Shown in pieces: positions 25,400-35,422 of a stretch of 64,000 nucleotides of DNA. Origin of the DNA: an uncultured Gammaproteobacteria bacterium (GTDB lineage: Bacteria; Pseudomonadota; Gammaproteobacteria; GCA-002705445; GCA-002716945); the NCBI GenBank assembly GCA_902628335.1, contig CACOMO010000001.1, positions 45,313 through 109,312 of the forward strand, read 5' to 3'. The position numbers and the translations under genes are program-made. The notes beneath the pieces were generated by a model. That model saw nothing but the letters and a program-made list of their open reading frames with translations, did not search any database and was not told where the DNA came from. Position 1 is the stretch's first letter; the number at the start of each line of letters is the position of its first letter.

Positions 25400-28159
25400 A
25401 TGGCTACTAATCCAAAAGAAATTTCTGACAGAAGTTTTGTTGCCATTAAGATTAATGGCAAAAATTACTTTGGAAACCCAAATGAGACAATACTTGATGT
25501 GTCAAAGAGGAATGGAATTGAAATCCCGCATCTTTGTTTTAAAGAAGGTATGAGACCTGATGGTAATTGCAGAGCTTGTATGGTTGAAATAGAAGGTGAG
25601 AGAGTTCTTCAACCATCATGCGTGAGAACAATATCTGATGGGATGGTTGTCAATACCAATAACGATCGTGTTATCCACTCGCAAAAACTAGTGCTAGAGC
25701 TTCTAACCTCTGATGTGTCTGATAAAATTTATAAAAAAGATAGTGAACTATCTGATTGGGCTGAGAGATTAAATATCAAAGCAAACAGGTTTCCAACTAA
25801 CGTACAAGAAAAACACGATCTCACACATCCAGCAATTGCAGTCAATCTAGATGCTTGTATTCAATGTACAAGATGTGTTCGTGCATGCCGTGAAGAACAA
25901 GTTAACGATGTGATTGGATATGCAAATCGTGGTTTCAAATCTGAGATTGTTTTCGATATAAATGATTTTATGGGTGAAAGCACATGCGTTGGGTGTGGTG
26001 AATGTGTTCAAGCATGTCCTACCGGCGCCTTGATGCCATCAAAAGAAGTTGCACTAAACATACCGGATAAGAAAGTTGAAAGCGTGTGCCCTTATTGCGG
26101 AGTTGGGTGTTTGCTGACTTATAACGTAAAGGATGAGAAAATTCTATTTGCTGAAGGGAGAGATGGACCTTCTAATTTAAGTAGACTTTGTGTTAAAGGT
26201 CGCTATGGTTTTGATTACATTCATAATGATGGGAGGTTAACTAAACCTCTTATAAGAAAACAAGGGGTTAACAAAAATATTGATCTTCATTCATATGATT
26301 TTAACAATATAAACGAAATTTTCGAGGAGACAACATGGGAACACGCATTAGATGTCGCGATAGAAGGTTTTAAAAAAGTAAAAAAATCTAAAGGTCCATC
26401 TGGTCTTGCGGGGTTTGGCTGTGCGAAAGGCTCCAATGAGGAAGCTTATCTTTTCCAAAAACTAATTAGGACTGGATTCGATACAAACAATGTTGATCAT
26501 TGTACGAGGTTATGTCATGCGTCATCGGTAGTAGCCTTACTTGAGATGGTTGGTTCAGGAGCTGTTTCAAATCAAGTTGCTGACGTCACTGAGGCAGAAG
26601 TAATTATCATTATTGGTTCTAATCCAACTGTTAATCATCCTGTAGCGGCAACGTTTATGAAAAATGCTTCAAAAGAAGGTAAAACTCTAATAGTGATGGA
26701 CCCTAAAAAAACAGATATATCAAGACATGCAAATTATTTTCTTCAGTTTAAACCTGACACAGATGTGGCGATGCTAAACGCGATAATGAAGTCTATTATA
26801 GATCAAGACTTAGTCGATAAAGAGTTTATTAAAACTAGAACAAAAGATTACGACAAACTTAGAAATCATCTTAAAGATTATTCGCCAAAAATAATGTCTA
26901 AAATATGTGGTATACCAGAAGAAACACTTAATGAGGTTGCAAGGCTATACGCATCATCAAAAGGTTCAATGATATTTTGGGGCATGGGTGTCTCACAGCA
27001 TATCCATGGCACTGATAATGCACGGGCATTAATCTCGCTTGCACTAATGACAGGACAAATTGGCAAGCCTGGCACAGGATTACATCCCCTAAGAGGCCAA
27101 AATAACGTCCAAGGCGCCTCTGACGCTGGACTTATTCCAATGGTATTCCCAGATTATCAAAGAGTAGATGATCCAAAAATTAATAAATTCTTTGAAAATT
27201 TTTGGGGCACAAAATTGGATAAAAAGCCAGGCTTAACAGTAGTAGAAATTATGGATGCAATTGTTGCAGGAGATCTCACAGGTTTATACGTGATGGGAGA
27301 AAATCCTGCAATGTCAGATCCAGATTTAAATCACGCTAGGAAAGCCTTATCCAGCCTAGAACATTTAGTAGTACAAGATATATTTGTTACTGAGACTGCA
27401 TTTTTTGCGGATGTTATATTACCAGCATCTGCATTCCCGGAAAAAACTGGTAGTTTCACAAATACCGATAGAAGAGTGCAATTAGGTAGACAAGCTGTTT
27501 ACCCCCCAGGCCAAGCAAAACAGGATCTTTGGATTATTCAACAAATAGCTCGTGGGATGGGTTTAGATTGGAACTATAATGGTCCAAAAGATGTCTTTGA
27601 GGAAATGACTAGATGCATGCCTACTATTGCAGGTATTACCTGGGAGAGACTTGAGCAAGAACATTCAGTTACATATCCATGTAACACAGAGGATGACCCA
27701 GGCCAACCTGTTATTTTCACTCAAGAATTTCCTACATCAGATGGATTAGCCACCTTTAAAGTATCGCCTTTTAAAAACGCCGATGAATTACCAGATACGG
27801 AATTTGATTATATATTAATAACAGGAAGACAACTTGAGCACTGGCATACAGGTAGTATGACAAGACGAGCAAGTATGCTACACCAAATTGAGCCAGATCC
27901 TTTTGCAAATATGTGTTTAGAAGACATGAAAAAAATTGGTGTACAAGATGGTGATCTCATTACCATTGAATCAAGAAGAGGGAAAGTAGATGTCTATGCA
28001 AGAAGAGATGATGGGCTACAGCTAGGTCAAATATTTATACCATTTTGCTACGTTGAAGCAGCAGCAAATGTTTTAACAAACGCAGCTCTAGACCCAGACG
28101 CAAAAATTCCAGAGTTTAAATTCTGTGCTGTTAAAATAAAAAAAACTCACATCAATTAA
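25400..28159 (+). CDS. fdsA: NAD-dependent formate dehydrogenase alpha subunit (molybdopterin, Cys-type)
   Basis: 919 aa. N-terminal 2Fe-2S domain (CRACMVE), two ferredoxin 4Fe-4S motifs (CIQCTRCVRAC, CVGCGECVQACP), CPYCGVGC and the active-site region HCTRLCHASSV. The ATG follows the fdsB stop codon directly (TAAATG, no spacer). Confidence 0.95.
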   Translation: MATNPKEISDRSFVAIKINGKNYFGNPNETILDVSKRNGIEIPHLCFKEGMRPDGNCRACMVEIEGERVLQPSCVRTISDGMVVNTNNDRVIHSQKLVLELLTSDVSDKIYKKDSELSDWAERLNIKANRFPTNVQEKHDLTHPAIAVNLDACIQCTRCVRACREEQVNDVIGYANRGFKSEIVFDINDFMGESTCVGCGECVQACPTGALMPSKEVALNIPDKKVESVCPYCGVGCLLTYNVKDEKILFAEGRDGPSNLSRLCVKGRYGFDYIHNDGRLTKPLIRKQGVNKNIDLHSYDFNNINEIFEETTWEHALDVAIEGFKKVKKSKGPSGLAGFGCAKGSNEEAYLFQKLIRTGFDTNNVDHCTRLCHASSVVALLEMVGSGAVSNQVADVTEAEVIIIIGSNPTVNHPVAATFMKNASKEGKTLIVMDPKKTDISRHANYFLQFKPDTDVAMLNAIMKSIIDQDLVDKEFIKTRTKDYDKLRNHLKDYSPKIMSKICGIPEETLNEVARLYASSKGSMIFWGMGVSQHIHGTDNARALISLALMTGQIGKPGTGLHPLRGQNNVQGASDAGLIPMVFPDYQRVDDPKINKFFENFWGTKLDKKPGLTVVEIMDAIVAGDLTGLYVMGENPAMSDPDLNHARKALSSLEHLVVQDIFVTETAFFADVILPASAFPEKTGSFTNTDRRVQLGRQAVYPPGQAKQDLWIIQQIARGMGLDWNYNGPKDVFEEMTRCMPTIAGITWERLEQEHSVTYPCNTEDDPGQPVIFTQEFPTSDGLATFKVSPFKNADELPDTEFDYILITGRQLEHWHTGSMTRRASMLHQIEPDPFANMCLEDMKKIGVQDGDLITIESRRGKVDVYARRDDGLQLGQIFIPFCYVEAAANVLTNAALDPDAKIPEFKFCAVKIKKTHIN

Positions 28160-29886
28160 TGGTTAAAGAAAAATCTTTAGATACATATCTTGAGGAGATA
28201 CAAGATCATATAAGTCATGGAAGGTTGAATGAGGCTCTTTTGAATGTAAAAGAGGCCATTAGTGATTACCCAACACACACTAAACTTCATATAAACTGTG
28301 GCAACCTCCAACATTATCTTGGTTTATTAGATGATGCGGAAAAATCTCTTATGACAGCAAGAGAATTATATGAAAGCAAAGAGGTTTTAAATAATCTTGG
28401 TGTCGTGTATATCGACAAGCAAATGTACGATAATGCTATAGACCTCCTCGAAAGGTCTCTGGATTTAGATAATTTTTATCCTGATGCATTATATAATCTA
28501 TCTGTTTGTTATGACAGAAAGGGAGATTACGAAAAGACTTTGACTTACCTTGAAAAATGCCTTGATGTAGATGATCACCATTTAAAAGCTAACATGCTTC
28601 TTTTACGTACATGTCAAAATACTTGCAATTGGAAAAGACTAAATGAATTAAAAACTAAGATTGGAAATTTAAATATAAATGGCCTTGAACATCCTTTTCT
28701 AAACGTATCAAGATGTGATGATGAAAAGGCTAACTATGCTAATGCCGTTCAGTGGCACAAAAATAATTTTCAACATAAGACTTCTTCTCAGCAAAAAGAA
28801 ATATCAAAAAAAAATAATAAAAAGAGTGTCGGCTTTATCTGTGGAGAAATTAGGGACCATCCAACATTTTATTTAATCAAGAATATGTTTCAGTATTTAA
28901 ATAAAGAAGTTTTTGATTATTATTTTTTTACATATAATCATGATCAAAATTATTTGAGCTACATTGACAAACATATCACTATGGTTGTGGATATCGATAA
29001 TAAATCTGATGATCAGATAGAAAGTATGGTGCGAGAACATGATCTAGATATTCTTATTGACTTATCTGTTTATATACCTCACAACAAGATGAATGTTGTC
29101 AATAGAAAATTAGCCAGAAAAACAATATCTTATCTTGGATTTCCTGGAAGTAGCGGTTCAGATAACTATGACTATATCATTGCAGATAAAATCGTGATAC
29201 CAGAGGATAAACAGAACTTCTATAGTGAAGATGTTCTTTATCTCCCTAATATTTATCAAGTAAATGATGGTATAAAGAAGTACCCAAATAAAAAAACTAA
29301 GAAGAATGATTACTCTCTTCCAGAGGAGAAAATAATCCTCTCCTGTTTTAATCAATCTTTCAAAATTGAAGAAGATATTTTTAAATGCTGGATAGAGATA
29401 TTAAAAAGAAATGAAAATACAGTTTTATGGCTACTTGAGGATAATGCTTTGATGAAACAATACATAGTCGAATACTTATTAGAGTCAGGGTTAGACGAAT
29501 CTAGAATCATTTTTGCACAAAGAATATCAAGAGAAGCGCATATTGAGAGATTGGGGCTTTCAGATATTGTGTTAGATACAAGAACATATAATGGGCATAC
29601 TACTACTACTGATGCAATTCAATGTGGTGTTCCTGTAATCACAATATCAGGGCAGCACTTTGCTTCTAGAGTAAGTCACAGTATTCTAAATTCTGTCGGT
29701 TTGAATGAACTTGTGACACATAACTTTAAAGATTATACAGAAAAGATCCACTCGTTAGTGAATAATGCAGAGCAAAGATTAGCTTTGTGTGAAAAACTAA
29801 AAAACGAGGAAGTAATGGGGAATCTTTATGATTTACAACAATTCACAAAAGATTTTGAAAAAGTTATGTTATCTGTCACGAATTAA
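28159..29886 (+). CDS. TPR-repeat protein fused to a GT41 (SPINDLY/OGT-like) glycosyltransferase domain
   Basis: 575 aa. N-terminal TPR-like repeats (about the first 150 aa). The C-terminal half has a GT41-like string, YNGHTTTTDAIQCGVPVITISG. The start overlaps the fdsA stop (TAATG). Confidence 0.65.
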   Translation: MVKEKSLDTYLEEIQDHISHGRLNEALLNVKEAISDYPTHTKLHINCGNLQHYLGLLDDAEKSLMTARELYESKEVLNNLGVVYIDKQMYDNAIDLLERSLDLDNFYPDALYNLSVCYDRKGDYEKTLTYLEKCLDVDDHHLKANMLLLRTCQNTCNWKRLNELKTKIGNLNINGLEHPFLNVSRCDDEKANYANAVQWHKNNFQHKTSSQQKEISKKNNKKSVGFICGEIRDHPTFYLIKNMFQYLNKEVFDYYFFTYNHDQNYLSYIDKHITMVVDIDNKSDDQIESMVREHDLDILIDLSVYIPHNKMNVVNRKLARKTISYLGFPGSSGSDNYDYIIADKIVIPEDKQNFYSEDVLYLPNIYQVNDGIKKYPNKKTKKNDYSLPEEKIILSCFNQSFKIEEDIFKCWIEILKRNENTVLWLLEDNALMKQYIVEYLLESGLDESRIIFAQRISREAHIERLGLSDIVLDTRTYNGHTTTTDAIQCGVPVITISGQHFASRVSHSILNSVGLNELVTHNFKDYTEKIHSLVNNAEQRLALCEKLKNEEVMGNLYDLQQFTKDFEKVMLSVTN

Positions 29887-30667
29887 CTGTAGCCCTTACA
29901 ACTTTTACCAAATCGTGAGTTATATCTACATCATGTACTCTCAATATCTCGACTCCTTTATACACTGCAAAACTATGAATAGATAGATCTACATAGATCT
30001 GGTCTTTATCTTTTAAATTATCAAAGATTTTTGAAGAAAATTTTTTGTGGCTCACGCCAAGGCATACTCTCTTAAATTCGCCTACAAAAGTCTCAATATT
30101 CCTGATTATAGTTAAGTTATCACTTCCTGTCTTTCCGAAACTAATGCCTGGGTCTATTATGAGCCTCTCTTCATTTATCCCTCTTTCTATCATTTTGTTC
30201 CTGATTGTATTAAAAAAATTTTTTAAGTAGTCAATAATATTATCTGTAATCATATTCTTTCCTTCAGTATGTTCCTCAGGCATATGAGTAAATATTATAT
30301 CTGATTCACTTGATTCGATAACATCAAGCATACTGTCAACATTATCACCTGATGTAACAGTGTTTATAATTTGACAACCTGCATCAATACACTTAGCTGC
30401 TACAAGATGTGATCTTGTATCAGCACTGATTTGAACATCTGGTACTTGTCTCTTTATAGATTCAATCAGGGGAATTAATTTAAGTAATTGTTCTTCATCA
30501 GATCGTGCTTTAAATTTTGTTTTTGTTGATTCGGCACCAATGTCTACGATTTCACAATATTTTTGCAAATGTTCTTTTGTATAAACTAATGCATCATCAA
30601 TATTAATAAATTTTCCTGTCTCAGAAAAACTATCGTCAGAGAGATTAATTATCCCCATAATTTTCAT
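29876..30667 (-). CDS. Dihydropteroate synthase-family pterin-binding protein (FolP-like; could serve folate or H4MPT biosynthesis)
   Basis: 263 aa with IMGIINLSDDSFSE and DIGAESTKT motifs. 4-nt overlap with the upstream MBL gene. Confidence 0.75.
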   Translation of the reverse strand: MKIMGIINLSDDSFSETGKFINIDDALVYTKEHLQKYCEIVDIGAESTKTKFKARSDEEQLLKLIPLIESIKRQVPDVQISADTRSHLVAAKCIDAGCQIINTVTSGDNVDSMLDVIESSESDIIFTHMPEEHTEGKNMITDNIIDYLKNFFNTIRNKMIERGINEERLIIDPGISFGKTGSDNLTIIRNIETFVGEFKRVCLGVSHKKFSSKIFDNLKDKDQIYVDLSIHSFAVYKGVEILRVHDVDITHDLVKVVRATVNS

Positions 30668-31590
30668 TTTGTATAATCAACTGAGTATGTGTTTACTCTA
30701 TCTGTTAATTCTATAGCTAATAAATCATAACCAAATATCGCCTTGCTATCTTTACTCAAGCTACTATTGATAGATTTTAGGACCTTATCTTCAGTCATGC
30801 CACCAAGCAGAAGTACATGGTTCAGCACTGTAAATTTAGCCTTCGTTTGGTTAATAATCCTAATTAGCTCTCTTGGTGTCGTATGATAATTCATAATCCC
30901 TCTAACTTTCTCTGATTTTTTAACTAAACTCGATGGTGCAGCAGCAATTTCATGAACAAGTAAATCTACATTTTTTGCAGCATTGACTAATTCCTCTGAG
31001 TAATTAGTATCGCCGGAAATAACCACTGATTTGTCTTTATAGTTAATTTTATAGCCATAAGCATGCTCTACTCCACCGCCATGATCTACGTTAATTGCGT
31101 GTACCTCGACATTTTTGCTTTTATAAACTAAGCCATCACTTATCTCTTTTACATAGGTTTTCAACCCAGACATTTTGAGTTCCTCGGGCTTTTTGAGTCT
31201 GATTTTAATGTCTTCATTAAATGCATCTTTTATATTATCTACAAAATTTTTCGTGCCAGATGGACCAAATATATTAAGAGTTTTTTCCCTTTGATAAACC
31301 CAGCCAGTCATCAATACATCAGGGAATCCTACGATGTGATCAGAGTGTAAATGTGTAAAAAAAATGTTATTGACAGAGGACAAATTAACATTCATTTGGC
31401 TGAGCCTTATCGCTGTACCTCGTCCAGTATCAAATAGTAATCTTTCATCACCTGCCTCCACGAGTATAGATTGACTGAATCTATCTATATCAAGTCTAGG
31501 AGTCCCAGATCCAAGTATTACTACCCGCAAGACCTCCGCACTAAGTGTAAAAGGTGTTATTAGAAATATAAAAAATAGGAATAATCTCAT
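30664..31590 (-). CDS. Secreted MBL-fold metallo-hydrolase
   Basis: 308 aa with a signal peptide (MRLFLFFIFLITPFTLSA), the HxHxDH motif THLHSDH and a later DHGG. Confidence 0.7.
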   Translation of the reverse strand: MRLFLFFIFLITPFTLSAEVLRVVILGSGTPRLDIDRFSQSILVEAGDERLLFDTGRGTAIRLSQMNVNLSSVNNIFFTHLHSDHIVGFPDVLMTGWVYQREKTLNIFGPSGTKNFVDNIKDAFNEDIKIRLKKPEELKMSGLKTYVKEISDGLVYKSKNVEVHAINVDHGGGVEHAYGYKINYKDKSVVISGDTNYSEELVNAAKNVDLLVHEIAAAPSSLVKKSEKVRGIMNYHTTPRELIRIINQTKAKFTVLNHVLLLGGMTEDKVLKSINSSLSKDSKAIFGYDLLAIELTDRVNTYSVDYTK

Positions 31591-31628
31591 CGTACAATAT
31601 ATTGATATATAATATAATTTAACAGATT

Positions 31629-32498
31629 ATGACTAATGATAAAATACAAAAGCCTTTGATATCTAAGTCTGTTCGCCCAAATACACGAGAAATTATTGCA
31701 GTGGATGAATATCAGACTGAAAGAAAATTTCCTATTACAGGAGAGTTACCACTAACTATTTATGTAAACAAAAAAGAAGTAGTCACCTTAATGACACTAG
31801 GTCATCATCCAGAGTCACTAGTGATTGGGTATTTAAGGAATCAAGGTTTTGTCAAATCATTTTATGATCTTGAATCTATACAAGTAGATTGGGATACTAA
31901 TACTGCGGTCGCTGTTACAAAAAATAAAAATGATAATTTTGACAATCAACTTACTCACAAAGTTGTAACATCAGGATGTGGTCAAGGTACAACATATGGT
32001 GGGATATGGGATGATCTAAAGAAAAAAAATATTAAAGACACAAAACTTAAACAGTCAACTATTTATAAAATACTAAAACTTTTGCATGAAAAAAACGAGA
32101 TATATCGTCTATCAGGTGCTGTCCATGGTTGTGCACTCTGTTCAGAAGATAGAATAATAGATTTTATAGAAGATGTCGGAAGACATAATGCTGTAGATGC
32201 AATTGCAGGAAATATGTGGATAAATGATATCGATAGCAAAAATAAAATATTCTACACTACTGGGAGATTGACCTCAGAAATGGTCATAAAAGTTGCTCAA
32301 ATGAATATACCGTATTTATTATCAAGGTCTGGTATTACAGAAATGGGTTTCAATGTAGCGAAAGAGACTGGGGTTACTCTTCTCGGGAGGGCAAAAGGTA
32401 AACATTTTCTAATTTATAATGGCTCTGAAAATATTATATTTGACGAAAAACCACGACCTAGAACTGAAAATTCTCCAGATATTTGGAAGAGAAGATAA
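31629..32498 (+). CDS. fdhD: Formate dehydrogenase accessory sulfurtransferase
   Basis: 289 aa. ELPLTIYVNKKEVVTLMTLGHHPESLVIGYLRNQGF and VGRHNAVDAIAG match the FdhD family. Confidence 0.85.
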   Translation: MTNDKIQKPLISKSVRPNTREIIAVDEYQTERKFPITGELPLTIYVNKKEVVTLMTLGHHPESLVIGYLRNQGFVKSFYDLESIQVDWDTNTAVAVTKNKNDNFDNQLTHKVVTSGCGQGTTYGGIWDDLKKKNIKDTKLKQSTIYKILKLLHEKNEIYRLSGAVHGCALCSEDRIIDFIEDVGRHNAVDAIAGNMWINDIDSKNKIFYTTGRLTSEMVIKVAQMNIPYLLSRSGITEMGFNVAKETGVTLLGRAKGKHFLIYNGSENIIFDEKPRPRTENSPDIWKRR

Positions 32499-32503
32499 AA
32501 TCG

Positions 32504-33274
32504 CTACTCGTTATAATTAATAATTACACCTATATTCTCTATTCTCACATCAATAATATCGCCAGATGACATAGGTCCCAATCCAGCATTAGTGCCACAC
32601 GCGATTATATCACCTGGTAAGAGTGTCATGTCTTTAGAGAGAAAACTTACAATTTCATAAACATTAAAAAACATATCGCTAGTATTATAATCTTGAACAA
32701 TTTTTCCATTGAGTCTAGATTGAACTTGAAGATTCATCGGATCAATATCTGTAGCTATGCATGGACCAAATATCCCAAAGGTGTCAAAGCTCTTTGATCT
32801 TGTCCATTGATCAAATGATGGATCTTTTTTTACAATGTCCATCGCAGTGACATCATTAATACAGGTATACCCAAAAATATTTTTTTTAGCTTGAACATTA
32901 TCTATGTCTTTAGATATTTTTCCGATGACAATACCCAACTCTCCCTCATAAAATATTGCCTCTTTATAGGATTTAGGTCGAACAATATGTGCACCAGGTT
33001 CTATGATAGAAGAAATGGATTTATTCAAATACAATGGGTTTTTTGGCTTATCCAAACCTTTTTCTGCTGCGAGAGTCTGATAATTATTCCACAGCGCTAA
33101 AAATTTTGATGGACAGCAGGGATTAAGAATTTCAACATCGTCATAACTCAAAACTTCGCCAGTTTTTTTTGGGTTTGAGAACATATCACCATCACAAACT
33201 GATATATTAATATCATCCTCTAAGATTCCGAAGCATATTTTTCCCTCAAATTTAAACCTTATCCAGCTACTCAT
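32504..33274 (-). CDS. Fumarylacetoacetate hydrolase (FAH) family protein
   Basis: 256 aa with FAH-domain strings YEGELGIVIGK, NDVTA and LLPGDIIACGT. Confidence 0.78.
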   Translation of the reverse strand: MSSWIRFKFEGKICFGILEDDINISVCDGDMFSNPKKTGEVLSYDDVEILNPCCPSKFLALWNNYQTLAAEKGLDKPKNPLYLNKSISSIIEPGAHIVRPKSYKEAIFYEGELGIVIGKISKDIDNVQAKKNIFGYTCINDVTAMDIVKKDPSFDQWTRSKSFDTFGIFGPCIATDIDPMNLQVQSRLNGKIVQDYNTSDMFFNVYEIVSFLSKDMTLLPGDIIACGTNAGLGPMSSGDIIDVRIENIGVIINYNE

Positions 33275-33346
33275 TTGAAAATTTTAATCCTTTTTGTATA
33301 AAATAAATTATATAATAAGTTTAGTAGAATATATTCTAAACTAGAA

Positions 33347-34366
33347 ATGACATTAAAACAAAATAAAAAAGTTTTAGTTATCAGATGTGGACTATTAGGT
33401 GATACGGTAGACGCAACATCGGTTATTGATCCTTTGATTGAACATTTTCAGAATAATGTTGATATCCACTGGGTGACAAAACCAGGAATATCTGAATTGT
33501 TTAAATATGATAATCGTATAAAAAAGATATTTGAGCTCAAACATACACGACTTCCATTCTATTTGAATATTGATAAACAGAAAATTATAATAGATTCAAT
33601 AAAATCACCATATGAGCTAATTCTTAATTTAGAGATAGGAAATAAATTTAATGATATTGTGAAATTTTCAAGAGCAACAAAAAAATGCGGTATGCCATAC
33701 CAATTTGTAAATGATGACATTTTTGAAGAACATCGAGTAGATCATCAGTTAAGGATCTTGGAACTCTTTATTAAAAATTTCAGGAAAGAATCTGCCAAAC
33801 CATCGATAGTCGGAATCAATAAAAAACATTTGATCAATAAGTTTAATCTTAATGAGAAATATATTGTCTTGTGTCCAACAAATAGTCATGTTGGTAAGAA
33901 GAACTACAGAGGTTATAGATCTTGGCCAGCAAATAATTGGAAAGATCTCATGGAAAAAATTCTTAAGCTTACAGATATGAAAATATATCTAGTGGGAAGC
34001 AAAGAAGAAGTGGAGTATTTTTCAGTTTTTCATCCGCTCTCAGATAGAGTTTATGATATCTCAGGCAAAACTACTATCCCAGAATTAATTACTATACTAG
34101 AAAACTCAGAGGTCGTAGTCGCTACCGATAGTGGGAGCGTTCATTTGGCTGGTGCAGTTGCAAAAAATATTATTTCAATACATGGTCCAACGAACTCTCA
34201 CCAATCATCCCCATATCAGACATATAAGAATAACGTGAGAATAGCAACATTAGATCTTGACTGCAGTCCCTGTTATGACACAAAAATTATAAAAACATGT
34301 AAAAAAAATATTTGCATGCATAATCTTGAAGCGAGTAAAATTTTTAATCTTATTCAGGAGTTTTAG
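33347..34366 (+). CDS. Glycosyltransferase family 9 (heptosyltransferase-like)
   Basis: 339 aa. N-terminal VLVIRCGLLGDTVDATSVI and C-terminal TDSGSVHLAGAV are typical of GT9. Confidence 0.72.
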   Translation: MTLKQNKKVLVIRCGLLGDTVDATSVIDPLIEHFQNNVDIHWVTKPGISELFKYDNRIKKIFELKHTRLPFYLNIDKQKIIIDSIKSPYELILNLEIGNKFNDIVKFSRATKKCGMPYQFVNDDIFEEHRVDHQLRILELFIKNFRKESAKPSIVGINKKHLINKFNLNEKYIVLCPTNSHVGKKNYRGYRSWPANNWKDLMEKILKLTDMKIYLVGSKEEVEYFSVFHPLSDRVYDISGKTTIPELITILENSEVVVATDSGSVHLAGAVAKNIISIHGPTNSHQSSPYQTYKNNVRIATLDLDCSPCYDTKIIKTCKKNICMHNLEASKIFNLIQEF

Positions 34367-34610
34367 ATGAAGATATTTTTTTTGCGATAAACCGCCTTAT
34401 AAAACTTATACTGTTTTCGCCGCTATTTTTCACAAAGCCACTGTCCTCTATATCATCGGAAATCTCTTTGAGGATGTTAGAAATACGATCTGACACCTTT
34501 GAATATTTGCCCAGATCCCTAACGATTAATATTATAATAAATATTAGAATTGGTAACATAATTTCTGATGTTGTCGTGTATGCTTTGAGGAAATGTTCCA
34601 TTTGTATCAC
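34350..34610 (-). CDS. Small single-TM hypothetical protein
   Basis: 86 aa with one hydrophobic segment (MLPILIFIIILIV). 4-nt overlap with the upstream gene suggests coupling. Confidence 0.4.
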   Translation of the reverse strand: MIQMEHFLKAYTTTSEIMLPILIFIIILIVRDLGKYSKVSDRISNILKEISDDIEDSGFVKNSGENSISFIRRFIAKKISSSKTPE

Positions 34611-35422
34611 CTTTTATTCTTGAATTTTTGGACGTGTTTTTCCACTGCTAAGTGAATATTGTTTTCATACTCGGTATTTAATTTTCTTGCTTGTTCAAGT
34701 GAGACTCTATTTGATTCATATTTTTTCCATAATTCTATTCTCAATAATAGAGACTTTAATATAGCATCGTGATGTACTAACTGAATTTTTGTCATCTTAT
34801 TCTTAAAACTTGAAAGAATAGAATTTCTACTATCATACCTACACTGCAAATATTTAGATGATTCACCAAGGCTTAATCCTTTTTTTTGCAATTTTGCACG
34901 ATCTGCTAATCCCTCCGTAGAAAATTCACACTGTGTTGACTTTGCATGTTCCTTGGCTCGTGCCTCAGCGAAATTATATTCCGGAAATTGATACAATATC
35001 TCATCGCTAATGAGCTCGTTATTATAAGAGATATCATGGTCCATATTTGTGCTAAGTATTACTTTTATTTCATTCATCCCCTCAGGAAATTGTCTAATAA
35101 ATGTATATGGGCTATAAATTCTAGAAACATACTTACCATTCATGAAAAGTTTACCGTAACCATATCTAAAATTATTATTTCTTCTATCTTCCTCGGGTGT
35201 AAATTTGAAATTCTCAACATCTAATTTAAGTTGGAAATAAGAGCCAATCTTAATTAACTCTATTCTGACAGACGGGATTTTGCTCCCTGAAGCTTCAATT
35301 TTTGGATTGTAGTATTCTTTCCAAAACTTTATTCTAGAATCATTATCTTCATGTGAGATAGCATGACTTAAAAATATAAGATTAGCAAAAAATATTATTA
35401 TTATTCTTTTTGGTGAAATCAT
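34607..35422 (-). CDS. Secreted hypothetical protein
   Basis: 271 aa with a signal peptide (IIIIFFANLIFLSHA). No family recognised. 4-nt overlaps on both sides. Confidence 0.5.
   Translation of the reverse strand: MISPKRIIIIFFANLIFLSHAISHEDNDSRIKFWKEYYNPKIEASGSKIPSVRIELIKIGSYFQLKLDVENFKFTPEEDRRNNNFRYGYGKLFMNGKYVSRIYSPYTFIRQFPEGMNEIKVILSTNMDHDISYNNELISDEILYQFPEYNFAEARAKEHAKSTQCEFSTEGLADRAKLQKKGLSLGESSKYLQCRYDSRNSILSSFKNKMTKIQLVHHDAILKSLLLRIELWKKYESNRVSLEQARKLNTEYENNIHLAVEKHVQKFKNKR

Noticed and set aside
25400-28159. Selenocysteine recoding in fdsA and in the arsS C-terminal tail (42170-43117)
   Set aside because: Both ORFs are uninterrupted. The relevant positions are Cys codons (HCTRLCHAS in FdsA, GSSCGG in ArsS), and there is no in-frame TGA.
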